IMG/VR virus record: IMGVR_UViG_3300025723_000129
Coordinates: 1-29,914 of that record
Length of the DNA: 29,914 bases
Reading direction: 5' to 3' (one strand)
Source: a virus
Taxonomy: Duplodnaviria > Caudoviricetes
In this document: positions 6,768 to 15,740 of the stretch, piece after piece
Position numbering within the stretch: position 1 is the first letter of the stretch
Layout: every line of letters begins with the position of its first letter
Made by a program: the position numbers and the translations under genes
Notes under the pieces: model-generated
The model's input: the letters and a program-made list of their open reading frames with translations, nothing else
Told to the model about the DNA's origin: nothing
Database searches by the model: none

Positions 6768-7325
6768 ATGATTAAAGCTCCAGTAACACTTACTCCTGAA
6801 CAACAAGACTTTATTGAAAATCATGTTATGAGTACGAATTTCCCTTGGTTTAGAATTCCAGAACAAGCGGAAACACCCAAGGAAACTCGAGCAGTGGGTC
6901 CTATACTTAATGTTCCTTTCTTTGGTAATATATTAATGAAGCGTGGTAGTGACTACGAAGCTATACCAGGAAAGATCAGCAGTAGCTACTATAATTTCTT
7001 TTTTGAAATATTTGACACTTGGATGGCCCAGCAAGGTATAGAATATACCACAGTACTACGTGCGTGTGTTAATTGTGTGGCGGCTAGAGATTTGGACGCA
7101 CACACTAATCCGCATACTGATCATTTCTTTCCACACAACAACTGGATCATGTATTTGAATACAACTGATGCTCCTACACTATTATTTGATAATGAAACGT
7201 TGGCTATAACCGACGAGATTGCCTGCGAACAGTATCAAGCAATTACTTTTCCAAGTCAAATGCATGCTTATCGTTTTCCACGAAAACAGGAACATAGGCT
7301 AGTGGTAGTTTTCACTTATATATAA
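6768..7325 (+). CDS. 2OG-Fe(II) oxygenase-family protein (paralog of 4609 and 6176)
   Basis: FPWF, PHTDH, NWIMYLNT, FPSQMH, RLVVVF. Confidence 0.8.
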   Translation: MIKAPVTLTPEQQDFIENHVMSTNFPWFRIPEQAETPKETRAVGPILNVPFFGNILMKRGSDYEAIPGKISSSYYNFFFEIFDTWMAQQGIEYTTVLRACVNCVAARDLDAHTNPHTDHFFPHNNWIMYLNTTDAPTLLFDNETLAITDEIACEQYQAITFPSQMHAYRFPRKQEHRLVVVFTYI

Positions 7326-7333
7326 AGGATCAC

Positions 7334-7951
7334 ATGACAAACAATCATTATAATTTTGCCTACTGGGGGCCGTTATTATGGCATCGTACAGTTGAACCTT
7401 CAATTGTAGAAGGTCTGTTAGATCTTGGTCTTAATTTAGGAAAAGATAGAGATCATTCTAAGCACTTGGCCAGCAACATAGAAGATGTTAAAAGTTTTAC
7501 CCCAAGTGATCGCGAATGGGCTATGGTTCAATTAGAACATCATTTTCAAAATTATCTCCAAGCTGAACAAGAATATCTTAACCACAGAAGCAGACAGAGA
7601 GCTAGGTCGATGAATGGAGTGGCTGAGCTTGGCGGAATGTGGATCAATAGACAGCGCCAGTATGAGACTAATCCCGAGCATAAGCATGATGGGCATCTTA
7701 GTTTTGTGTTATATCTCCAAGTTCCTGAAGAATTAAAGAAAGAACACGATAGCTATATAGGACAAGGTCCTGGCCCAGGCTCTATACAATTTAGGTACGG
7801 TGAGTACTTAGATTGGGTTCTTAATGTACAAACATTTTTTCCAACTGCCGGACAAATGTTTATATTCCCTGCTGAACTAAGTCACAGCGTTACACCATTT
7901 AAAAGTGATATTGAACGTATAAGTGTTAGTGGAAATATATTTCTTAGTTAA
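7334..7951 (+). CDS. 2OG-Fe(II) oxygenase, TIGR02466-like
   Basis: WINRQ..NPEHKH..LSFVLYL..MFIFPAELSHSV.PF..RISVSGN. Confidence 0.88.
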   Translation: MTNNHYNFAYWGPLLWHRTVEPSIVEGLLDLGLNLGKDRDHSKHLASNIEDVKSFTPSDREWAMVQLEHHFQNYLQAEQEYLNHRSRQRARSMNGVAELGGMWINRQRQYETNPEHKHDGHLSFVLYLQVPEELKKEHDSYIGQGPGPGSIQFRYGEYLDWVLNVQTFFPTAGQMFIFPAELSHSVTPFKSDIERISVSGNIFLS

Positions 7952-8205
7952 TTATAATTTAATAAGAATAGTGTACGATGCTTGTCGTACTTGAAAGCTA
8001 CACTAATATGATAACATTCTGTAGCCATGTTCCACGCCCAACGCTGATACTTAGACCCCACATACTGCTCTAGCCAAAACTGTACATGGGTAATACCTAT
8101 GATCCAGTCTAATTGTTCGCCAACACGACCTGGCCAGCGAATATCCGCTATATACTCAAAATCATGAAGAACTGGCACATAGTCCCAGTTATTGTATGTG
8201 GGCAT
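7948..8205 (-). CDS. Hypothetical protein
   Basis: 85 aa, Trp-rich; TAAATA 5 nt before the ATG; stop overlaps the convergent gene. Confidence 0.75.
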   Translation of the reverse strand: MPTYNNWDYVPVLHDFEYIADIRWPGRVGEQLDWIIGITHVQFWLEQYVGSKYQRWAWNMATECYHISVAFKYDKHRTLFLLNYN

Positions 8206-8231
8206 ACTAGTATTTAACTAGTAAACCAATT

Positions 8232-8615
8232 TTATACTACTTTGACCCAACTACCGTTTAAATGTATCATTAGATGTTGTAATCCGTCACCACCTGGGTT
8301 CCAATTGATGCCGTCGCATACTGCTAACCACCCATCACTGGCAGGGCTTGGTGCGCTTGTATTAAGGTAAAAACTAGCTACTCCAACACCCAATAAAGCA
8401 AAGTTAGGACTACTAAGAGCTTGATTAATTGTGGATAATTGACTAGTGACCCAAGGTTGCGTAGCTAGCTTTGTGCCGCCAGCAGTGATACCGTTCATAA
8501 TTCGAAGCGTGTCAGATGTTGAATCATACACAACATCGCCGGAGGCATAGCTAACTCTGTCTAAATCTACTGCGTCGTATGCTTGTAATTTTACACTATG
8601 TACGGTTTTACTCAT
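8232..8615 (-). CDS. Putative virion/tail-fibre-associated small protein
   Basis: GDVVYDSTSDTLRIMNGITAGG resembles the N-terminal motif of Mtd/hyaluronidase-like tail-fibre domains; late-promoter motif upstream. Confidence 0.6.
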   Translation of the reverse strand: MSKTVHSVKLQAYDAVDLDRVSYASGDVVYDSTSDTLRIMNGITAGGTKLATQPWVTSQLSTINQALSSPNFALLGVGVASFYLNTSAPSPASDGWLAVCDGINWNPGGDGLQHLMIHLNGSWVKVV

Positions 8616-8617
8616 TT

Positions 8618-8643
8618 TACTAGTCCTTGTGACTAGTATTTAT
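8618..8643 (-). promoter_or_regulatory. Late promoter overlapping an RBS-sequestering hairpin
   Basis: Minus strand reads ATAAATACTAGTC-ACAAG-GACTAGTA-AA-ATG; 8-bp perfect stem 8618-8625/8631-8638. Confidence 0.7.
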
Positions 8644-9083
8644 TCTTTAAAGTAGTACTCGTAGTTGACTGTAGTAGCGTTTTCTTTACGGACTCGAGCG
8701 CCATTTTTCATATGAAAACGGCGGGCCATTGGTGTCTGTGGACTCAGTGTAACTATGCCTTTTAGATTAGCATAATCCTTTTTCAACCATTCAGCGGCCT
8801 GTTGAAGTAAGGTAGCACCTGCTCCCGGAGCATAACTCCAGATAGTATAAAATACAGCTACTTCTTTATCCTTGTCCATACTGACAAGATCTTCTTCACT
8901 TTCAGGAACACCCTTGAGCCACTGCATACAAGTAGCCGCTAGTACTTCTTCTCCTGCTTTGAGGATTAAAATTTCTGCGGCTTCATTAATACGTTGTTCA
9001 AGTGGAATGTGCGGACGAACAGGATCGTCCTTAATTAGTCTGACTAAGGGGTCGGTGATATCTCTGATGTGATGAAGTTCCAT
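8640..9083 (-). CDS. GNAT-fold-like conserved phage protein
   Basis: FYTIWSYAPGAGATLL resembles GNAT motif A, ARRFHMKNGA resembles motif B; TATAAATA on - strand at 9113-9120. Confidence 0.6.
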   Translation of the reverse strand: MELHHIRDITDPLVRLIKDDPVRPHIPLEQRINEAAEILILKAGEEVLAATCMQWLKGVPESEEDLVSMDKDKEVAVFYTIWSYAPGAGATLLQQAAEWLKKDYANLKGIVTLSPQTPMARRFHMKNGARVRKENATTVNYEYYFKE

Positions 9084-9151
9084 GGCGTTCGCTACCTTTG
9101 TTATTATATGCGTATTTATAAAATACTTGAAAAAATCGCATTACACAAAGA

Positions 9152-10567
9152 TTACAGCTCGTCACTAGGCAAGTTGTTTAACAACTCTCTTAGTTTAGTA
9201 CTTTCAACTTGCGCACGAACTTTAGGTAATGCTACTCCGTCGGCAGGATCATCTTGTGCTACAGTTTGTCGTTGTTTAATTGAATTTAACAAACTACTAC
9301 CAGCACTTGGTGCTCCGTTACCGTAACCATCTTGCTCGTCCAAATCACTGATGCGTAATGTATCAATGTTAAATTCCAAATCAATCTTCATACCAACACC
9401 GCTTGAACTACGTGTCTTCATCAGCTGAATTTGATAACGACCACGCTCACGCATAGCACGACTTGTAAAGATACCAAACACGTTATCCGCTGTCTGAATC
9501 TTAGATAGTCCGCCCGAAATATGACTGTGATCAAACTCAACTTCTTCAACAGCACCGCGATTCAACTGTGCCGCAGTTACAAACACACAGTTCTTTTCTA
9601 CTGCTAAATTACGCAATTCTTCGGATACATACTTGTCCTTAACAAACAAGTTTTCAGCACTGATTCGTTTGCTCAACGGCATAATCAAGTCCATGTAATC
9701 GACTAGTAATACGTCAATCTTATGTCCCATTTTAACTTCATACTCTTTCATGTAAGCACGAATGTCATTAGCAGTCTTACCGCTTGGCATATATTTGACT
9801 TGAAGATTTCCTGATTTTTTACCAATCATTTTGACCCGCATTTCAACGTCATCGATGTTCTTGAAAATCTCTCTAGTTGGGATTCCTGTAGTCATTGCGT
9901 CAATTCGCATACAGACTAAATCCTCTGAAAGTTCTAGTGTAAGGTATAATACGTTGAGTCCAGCAAGAGCATAATTAACACCAAGATTAGCCAAAAATAA
10001 AGATTTTCCAGCACCAGAACCACCAGCCCAAATATTAAGCTCACCGCGATTAAAGCCACCATAAAGTTTATCATCAATGCTTTTCCATCCTGTCGAAATT
10101 TGACCATTCTTATCTTTAATGCGGGCAAGACGTGCTCGAGGATCTTCAAAGTAATCAGTACCCATGTCACGTTGTAAGCCCACTTGTACTGCTTTTTTGA
10201 TCTTTTCTTCTACAGGACCATATTCGCCTTTTTCCAACAAGTCAGCTGATTCTAAAATTGCTCGCTCTAGTCCTTTGTGTCTAATAAATGTTTCAAAGTC
10301 ATTTAACACCCAATCATAATTGGCTTCTTTAACACCTTCGGGTGTCTTCAAATTAGTACCTGTGCTAGCATTTACAATGTCAAATGTAGGTAGTACACTA
10401 TACTCTTCTACATACTTGTTGATAAACTCTGCTGAGTCTTGTAGCTTGCGATCAAACAATGTGTGATCAAAAATACTTTGGCAACGCACAAAAGTTTCTG
10501 CGTCACTTAACATCATCTCTAAGTACAATTTCTGTACTTCATATCCATAATTTATATTTTGTGTCAT
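9152..10567 (-). CDS. Replicative DnaB-like helicase (T4 gp41 type)
   Basis: GGFNRGEL, Walker A GSGAGKS, TLELSE, LLVDYMD, TAAQLNR, KTR. Confidence 0.95.
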   Translation of the reverse strand: MTQNINYGYEVQKLYLEMMLSDAETFVRCQSIFDHTLFDRKLQDSAEFINKYVEEYSVLPTFDIVNASTGTNLKTPEGVKEANYDWVLNDFETFIRHKGLERAILESADLLEKGEYGPVEEKIKKAVQVGLQRDMGTDYFEDPRARLARIKDKNGQISTGWKSIDDKLYGGFNRGELNIWAGGSGAGKSLFLANLGVNYALAGLNVLYLTLELSEDLVCMRIDAMTTGIPTREIFKNIDDVEMRVKMIGKKSGNLQVKYMPSGKTANDIRAYMKEYEVKMGHKIDVLLVDYMDLIMPLSKRISAENLFVKDKYVSEELRNLAVEKNCVFVTAAQLNRGAVEEVEFDHSHISGGLSKIQTADNVFGIFTSRAMRERGRYQIQLMKTRSSSGVGMKIDLEFNIDTLRISDLDEQDGYGNGAPSAGSSLLNSIKQRQTVAQDDPADGVALPKVRAQVESTKLRELLNNLPSDEL

Positions 10568-10582
10568 ACTGTATTATACACT

Positions 10583-12052
10583 CTAGTTAAACACTTTAAC
10601 ACCGTAATGGCGTTCAAAGTTTTTTGCGTCTGTGTGATCATTTACCATTGGGTGTCCTTTAATATTTAAACTGGTGTTAAGCAACATAGGACAACCAGTT
10701 CGAGCGTACCATAGCTCTAAGAGTTCTCTAAAAGCACTTCCATCTTTCGGAACAGTTTGTACACGTGAACTTCCATCACGATGAACGATGGCAGGATAAA
10801 GCTCAGGATTCCTGCAAGTAGCGACCACTTGCATATACCTACTATTATTCCAACCACGAGGCATATCAAAGTACTCGTCAACAAGCTCTTCGAGTATTGC
10901 TGGAGCAAAGGGTCTAAATTCTTGTCTTTGTTTAATTCCATTTACTGTGTCCTTTATATCTAAACCGCGAGGATCTGCTATTAATGATCTATTTCCTAGC
11001 GCACGTGGACCAAACTCGGCTCTTCCTCTAGCTAGTCCGCATATTTTTTTATCTTCCAAATAGTCAACAATCTCTTCATTAAGAGTGCGATAACCTATAT
11101 CGTGACCTAGGAATGGAGTAAAGTCTTTAGGATCAATACGCCAATCTGGATTTTTAGCTAGTACCGCACCTACTGTACTTCCAGCATCTCCCGGGTTAGG
11201 CATAATCCACGTATTGTCAAAATAATTACCAGTTAATCGATTAGCACTACAATTAAGAGCACAGCCGCCCATTAACACTAAATTTTTACTATTGACCAAT
11301 CGTGTTGCTTTTATTAATAAGTGTTCAAAGTAATCTTCATAAACTTCTTGAGCTGAGGCTGCAATTTCGAAACTATCTTTAACAGTTAAGTCTGGACGCC
11401 AATCCATTACACCTCTGTGACAACTACGAATAAATTTTAAATTTCCATAGTTGTCAATAAAATCATGACTCATGTCAAAATTTAATTTTTTAGGATCACC
11501 GTATGCGGCCATACCCATTAAGATATATTCATCTTCATTAGGTTTTAATCCTACACGTTGAGTCATAGCAGAATAAAACAAACCAATAGAGTGCGGATAA
11601 CGAAGGCTCCATTTCTTTTTTAACTTATCGCCTTTTGCTTCCCAGATAGTAGCAGTATCCCACTCACCGATCGCATCTATTACTACAATACAAGCTTCGT
11701 CAAATCCGCTAGTAAAATAGCCGCCAGCGGCATGACTAAGATGATGGTCTACATATTCGATAGGAGCATTAATCTCATACCGTGCCATATAAATTTCAAT
11801 ATCGTTGTCTCTGCCCCTCCAGCCTTGCCCGGCATAAAACTGTCTAAGAGTTTTTAAGAACGGACGTTCATACCAATAAACTTTGTCAGGAGTTCCATAT
11901 TGTTTAGCGGCGGCAACAATCTCTTTACAAAGATCTCTATCGTTCTTCTTCCCGCTATAACGTTCGCTATGACTTGCGAATACTAATTTTCCATCACGAA
12001 ATACAGCTATAGCTGCATCGTGACTGTTACCACTAATGCCCCAGCAAATCAT
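10583..12052 (-). CDS. Carbamoyltransferase (NodU/CmcH family)
   Basis: HDAA, ER..KND, HHLSHA, DAIGE, MGMAAYG, GGCALN, PGDAG, EFGPRALGNRS, FRPFAP, LLNTSLN. Confidence 0.95.
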   Translation of the reverse strand: MICWGISGNSHDAAIAVFRDGKLVFASHSERYSGKKNDRDLCKEIVAAAKQYGTPDKVYWYERPFLKTLRQFYAGQGWRGRDNDIEIYMARYEINAPIEYVDHHLSHAAGGYFTSGFDEACIVVIDAIGEWDTATIWEAKGDKLKKKWSLRYPHSIGLFYSAMTQRVGLKPNEDEYILMGMAAYGDPKKLNFDMSHDFIDNYGNLKFIRSCHRGVMDWRPDLTVKDSFEIAASAQEVYEDYFEHLLIKATRLVNSKNLVLMGGCALNCSANRLTGNYFDNTWIMPNPGDAGSTVGAVLAKNPDWRIDPKDFTPFLGHDIGYRTLNEEIVDYLEDKKICGLARGRAEFGPRALGNRSLIADPRGLDIKDTVNGIKQRQEFRPFAPAILEELVDEYFDMPRGWNNSRYMQVVATCRNPELYPAIVHRDGSSRVQTVPKDGSAFRELLELWYARTGCPMLLNTSLNIKGHPMVNDHTDAKNFERHYGVKVFN

Positions 12053-12162
12053 TTGTAAATAAAAGGATCACGTTTCCGCAACTCTTCCAGTCTTTTCTTT
12101 AAATCCCTGCGTTCTTGCCATTTAAAAAACGGCCACAATAAAATATCTAACAATGTTCTCAC
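12049..12162 (-). CDS. 37-aa peptide ending RDPFIYK (absent from ORF track)
   Basis: GTG at 12162 overlaps the primase stop (GTGA); stop overlaps the carbamoyltransferase ATG (ATGA); MRTLLDILLWPFFKWQERRDLKKRLEELRKRDPFIYK. Confidence 0.8.
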   Translation of the reverse strand: MRTLLDILLWPFFKWQERRDLKKRLEELRKRDPFIYK

Positions 12163-13121
12163 TTAAACCACTCCTTGGCTTTCAATTGTATTTTTAATGC
12201 GTATGATTCTTTTGCCGATACAATCAACCATAATGTTGCTAGCTTACCCAATTTAACAACTGCGTCATTGATGTCTTTAACACCTTCGGGCCAGTTGGGC
12301 ATACTAACTGACCACCCATATTCAATTGCCTGTTCTACAGTTCTAGGACCTTCATGGTCTCTATCTGGAACTAGTACAATTTCTTTGCCCAACTGTTTTA
12401 ACAACCAGTTTTGACTGTCTTTAATTTCAGCACCAAGCAAAGCACATCCGTCAATACTTAGCGCATCAAATGGGCCTTCGCTAACAATTACGAAATCTCT
12501 TTCATCCTGTTGTTGGTCTAAATTAAACACGTAACCAGGTTGTTGTTCCGACAAATATTTAGGTTGGGCGTCATTAACCGCACGAGCAGTCCATCCTACT
12601 ATTTCATTTTTGTATATAAATGGGATAATAAGTCTATTACTGAATCCAACTTTAGGAGTCCAATAGAAAGGAAAATCTTCAGGAAAAAGTTTTCTACTTA
12701 CCATGTACTCTAATATAGGTATAAGTTTTTCCGGAGGATCAGCTAATAAATCTATAATAGGAATACTATCTATTGGCAATGCTCTAACATCAAACTTTGG
12801 AATAATACTTTTTATTTCTGTACTATTATTGTTATCTAGTCTAAGAGCTTCTAATCGTAGTTGATTGATAGTATCATCGGGTATTGCTAAATCCCGCATG
12901 AACTTGTTCATATTTTTGCTAATATGTCTGCCCGGTTGCCAACTACATTTGAATCCGCAATTGAAACAGTGATAACTTACAGCATCACCACCGTTTACAA
13001 TAAAACCGCCACGTTGTCTTTTGTCGTCACAACAAACCGCATTGAAGCTAATCCAACCGCTTGGAGTTGTTTTACGCTTTCCGGGTAAGTAGGTAAGAAG
13101 TGTATCCGCAATAAGACTCAT
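12159..13121 (-). CDS. DNA primase (T4 gp61/DnaG-like)
   Basis: N-terminal Zn finger (CC..HCFNC), RLIIPF, GWTAR, KYL, Toprim EGPFD and PDRD. Confidence 0.93.
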   Translation of the reverse strand: MSLIADTLLTYLPGKRKTTPSGWISFNAVCCDDKRQRGGFIVNGGDAVSYHCFNCGFKCSWQPGRHISKNMNKFMRDLAIPDDTINQLRLEALRLDNNNSTEIKSIIPKFDVRALPIDSIPIIDLLADPPEKLIPILEYMVSRKLFPEDFPFYWTPKVGFSNRLIIPFIYKNEIVGWTARAVNDAQPKYLSEQQPGYVFNLDQQQDERDFVIVSEGPFDALSIDGCALLGAEIKDSQNWLLKQLGKEIVLVPDRDHEGPRTVEQAIEYGWSVSMPNWPEGVKDINDAVVKLGKLATLWLIVSAKESYALKIQLKAKEWFK

Positions 13122-13126
13122 GCCTT

Positions 13127-13155
13127 ATTATAACACTCTTTTTGGATTAGATCAA
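13127..13155 (-). promoter_or_regulatory. Sigma70-type promoter, leaderless primase transcript
   Basis: TTGATC (13150-13155), N17, TATAAT (13127-13132), 5 nt, ATG. Confidence 0.75.
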
Positions 13156-13988
13156 GGGGTAACGGTAATTTTATCAACCGAACCGTAAACTACAGTTGGA
13201 TCTTGACCAGTGGCGCTGTATTGCCAAACATCTGGGTAAAACCAACTTACTCTTAAGTAATTGTACGATCCAATATCTACTGTAAATGTTGTAGTACCGG
13301 TGCTTCTTGAAATAGTTATATCTTGAATTTTAGGAGCATTGGTAAAACTTTGAACACTGATTGTGCTATCCTTTGTGCCTTCGACATATAATTCGCCGGC
13401 AAAGTTTGTATAATGAACAGTAAATGTTACAGTAGTAGTTGGCATCGCTTCGTAAAATTTGGTAGCGTAAGCACTACTGTGATAGATAACATTTCCCATA
13501 AAGTTAATCTCTCCGCTGAACCTATCATAGATAGTTTGAGCTTTAGGAGTAGGTACAGCACTTCCTACAATTTCAACAGTACCTAATGCTCCAAATCTAC
13601 TATCTGCGTATAGGACAATATTGTTTCCATTAACTGTACCAGTAACGCTGTATTTTAAACTTTGAGGTATTAATCCTACTAGATCTTCCGCTGGAATTTT
13701 TACACTAGTAATGCCAGTAATAGGGCTATTCTTAGTGATAGTATACGGACTATTGGGCATAGCATTGCCTGACTCGTCCATCAGATTCAATTGTAAATTT
13801 GTTACTGTGGTTAAGTCAATACGTTTTTGATCGGCATTCTTAATGTCGAACTCTAGGACGTTATCAACGCCTTGGTAAACTTTTACATTTCTCTGATACA
13901 CGTTAGTATACTCCGTAGGTATAGATCCTGCCAGATTGGCTAATAGTTGTATTCTATTTGAATATAAATAACTTTGAATTTTTTGCAT
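13152..13988 (-). CDS. Putative virion structural protein (baseplate/tail, beta-rich)
   Basis: 278 aa, Thr/Val-rich; KVYQGVDNVLEFDIKNADQKRIDLT resembles BppU-type Ig-like domains; late motif TAAATA at 14009-14014 (-). Confidence 0.6.
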   Translation of the reverse strand: MQKIQSYLYSNRIQLLANLAGSIPTEYTNVYQRNVKVYQGVDNVLEFDIKNADQKRIDLTTVTNLQLNLMDESGNAMPNSPYTITKNSPITGITSVKIPAEDLVGLIPQSLKYSVTGTVNGNNIVLYADSRFGALGTVEIVGSAVPTPKAQTIYDRFSGEINFMGNVIYHSSAYATKFYEAMPTTTVTFTVHYTNFAGELYVEGTKDSTISVQSFTNAPKIQDITISRSTGTTTFTVDIGSYNYLRVSWFYPDVWQYSATGQDPTVVYGSVDKITVTP

Positions 13989-14013
13989 TCACAAGGACCC
14001 TTTAATAGTATTT

Positions 14014-14388
14014 ATGGCAAAATTAAGAGATAATATAGAACAAAATTTACCCTTTATCAGCGTTATAAACTATGGCGACGATGAATATGTGGGTATCATA
14101 ATAAATCAAGACCAGTTTGTAACTAGCTTCTATGATTTGAACGCCATCAAAACTCCTGAAGAAACTAAGAAATTTTTAGATATAGGTGAAACTTGGTGGT
14201 GGGAATCCAACCGACAATTTCCTATTAATATATTTTGTAGGGAGGAAATTACACCATTTGCCTATGCTATTAAAACATTCAATAGTAAGGATACACGTAT
14301 TATCCTTGGGCCAGTTGTTAATCTAATGAATCTTACACTTAAACGTGTCAAACGTAAAAGTGTACAGTTACTCCGCAAGCCCCGTTAA
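14014..14388 (+). CDS. Conserved phage hypothetical protein (WWWESNR motif)
   Basis: 124 aa filling the gap between two - strand genes; perfect TATAAATA upstream at 13963-13970. Confidence 0.8.
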   Translation: MAKLRDNIEQNLPFISVINYGDDEYVGIIINQDQFVTSFYDLNAIKTPEETKKFLDIGETWWWESNRQFPINIFCREEITPFAYAIKTFNSKDTRIILGPVVNLMNLTLKRVKRKSVQLLRKPR

Positions 14389-14940
14389 TTCTTCACAAAT
14401 TAAATTCATCTGTACTACTATCACGTGTGCGTAGGCAATAGCGTGAGCTTTCTTAAAGTAGTATTCCTCATTCTCTGGACGTATCCAAATCTCCGTTAGT
14501 ATCGTAGTCCAATCTTTGCCAATCAGATAACGTTTCGCTGGACGTATCATCGCCAATACTGCGGCCAATTGTTCTATCGAGGTAGGTTTGACCTGTCTCA
14601 AGATAGAACCATGCCCATTGACGTGAAAGAGCTTGTTCACGAATTCGTCTTCTAGTAAAAGATCCCATATGGGCTCTGTCTCCAATAATCGAGTAAGATG
14701 TGCTTTATCTTTCACACCTTCGTATACGCTGACATTTAAAAAGTCTATTTTAAAATAGCCGCGTTCTTCGGCAGTTTTGTAGTCAATAGTACTTATTCCA
14801 GTTATAGGATTATACGGCACACTAGTACAATATACACCTGTATTGTGCTTTTTAAAAGTACTATCTAAACTAGCATCAACGTGCTTTAACACACTTAATG
14901 CTCTAGTTCTGTCAGCAAAGTCTAAATCAATATCTGGCAT
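14368..14940 (-). CDS. Miniature DNA polymerase III alpha (DnaE)-like protein
   Basis: MPDIDLDF, KHNTGVY, GYFKIDFL, LAAVLAMIRP, FKKAHAIAY in 190 aa; ATG start at 14940 preferred over 14952. Confidence 0.85.
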   Translation of the reverse strand: MPDIDLDFADRTRALSVLKHVDASLDSTFKKHNTGVYCTSVPYNPITGISTIDYKTAEERGYFKIDFLNVSVYEGVKDKAHLTRLLETEPIWDLLLEDEFVNKLFHVNGHGSILRQVKPTSIEQLAAVLAMIRPAKRYLIGKDWTTILTEIWIRPENEEYYFKKAHAIAYAHVIVVQMNLICEELTGLAE

Positions 14941-15568
14941 AAGGATCACCAATTGTTGGAGGAAAAGCGTTAAATGACATGTTTATTCGTTGCGTATTAC
15001 TTAAATTTCTTTCTACTTTATGTAATAAAAAACTAGGAAATAAAATAATATCACCGTCAACGGGCTCGTAGTAACTTGTACCATAATAAGGCCATTGTGG
15101 TAACGTTGTCTTATAGGTAAAGTTATAAGGCATGAATTGAAGTTGCCCAGTACCTTCTGCTTGAAAATATACTACGGCGCTGACAAATGCGCCAGTGTGA
15201 GTATGTTCTCTATTGATACTGCCGGGTTCATTTACGTTTGCCCACGCATCTAATTCCCATTGATCTTCTGTTATTGTTGTTTGATTTTTTGTAATGTTTA
15301 ACGGTGTTGGCATAGATTTGTAATATTCATTACAAGCCTTTTTAAATGTAGATACTAATAACAATTCAGTTTCTTTACTAAATCCATTATGAAAATGAGG
15401 TTGCCCCATCCAGCATCCGTCATTAGCGTCTTTACTTATTTCTTCAAAAATATTTTTATTTTTATAGTCAAGAATTTCTGACACAATAACTTTGCATTGC
15501 TCTTTTGTAAACGCAGATTTAATCCGTAATATATTAGTTTGCTCTAACACATTTAATTCAAGATCCAT
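14927..15568 (-). CDS. 2OG-Fe(II) oxygenase, TIGR02466-like
   Basis: WANVN..NREHTH..SAVVYF..GDIILFPSFLLHKV..RINMSFN. Confidence 0.88.
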   Translation of the reverse strand: MDLELNVLEQTNILRIKSAFTKEQCKVIVSEILDYKNKNIFEEISKDANDGCWMGQPHFHNGFSKETELLLVSTFKKACNEYYKSMPTPLNITKNQTTITEDQWELDAWANVNEPGSINREHTHTGAFVSAVVYFQAEGTGQLQFMPYNFTYKTTLPQWPYYGTSYYEPVDGDIILFPSFLLHKVERNLSNTQRINMSFNAFPPTIGDPYARY

Positions 15569-15740
15569 CTTTAATCTTTCTCCAACTAGAATTTCCTATA
15601 GTAGGATACCCTATATATTCCTGTCCTGTTTCCATATCAACTAGTTTATATTTTTCAGGACAACGTGTATATACAGTCAATGTTACAGGTAATTCCATTT
15701 CTTTTACTTCGCTACCATCTAATAACTTTCTTGTTTTCAT
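15558..15740 (-). CDS. Small hypothetical protein
   Basis: 60 aa, overlaps both neighbours; TRCPEKYKLVDMETGQEYIG. Confidence 0.8.
   Translation of the reverse strand: MKTRKLLDGSEVKEMELPVTLTVYTRCPEKYKLVDMETGQEYIGYPTIGNSSWRKIKDGS

Noticed and set aside
9088-9096. GGTAGCGAA before gene 8640-9083 as another target of the anti-RBS loops
   Set aside because: Needs a bulge, only 6 contiguous pairs and lacks the early leader; too weak to claim
14368-14940. dnaE pseudogene
   Set aside because: No frameshifts or stops, catalytic motifs selectively retained and gene coupled to its neighbour; treated as a functional mini-protein
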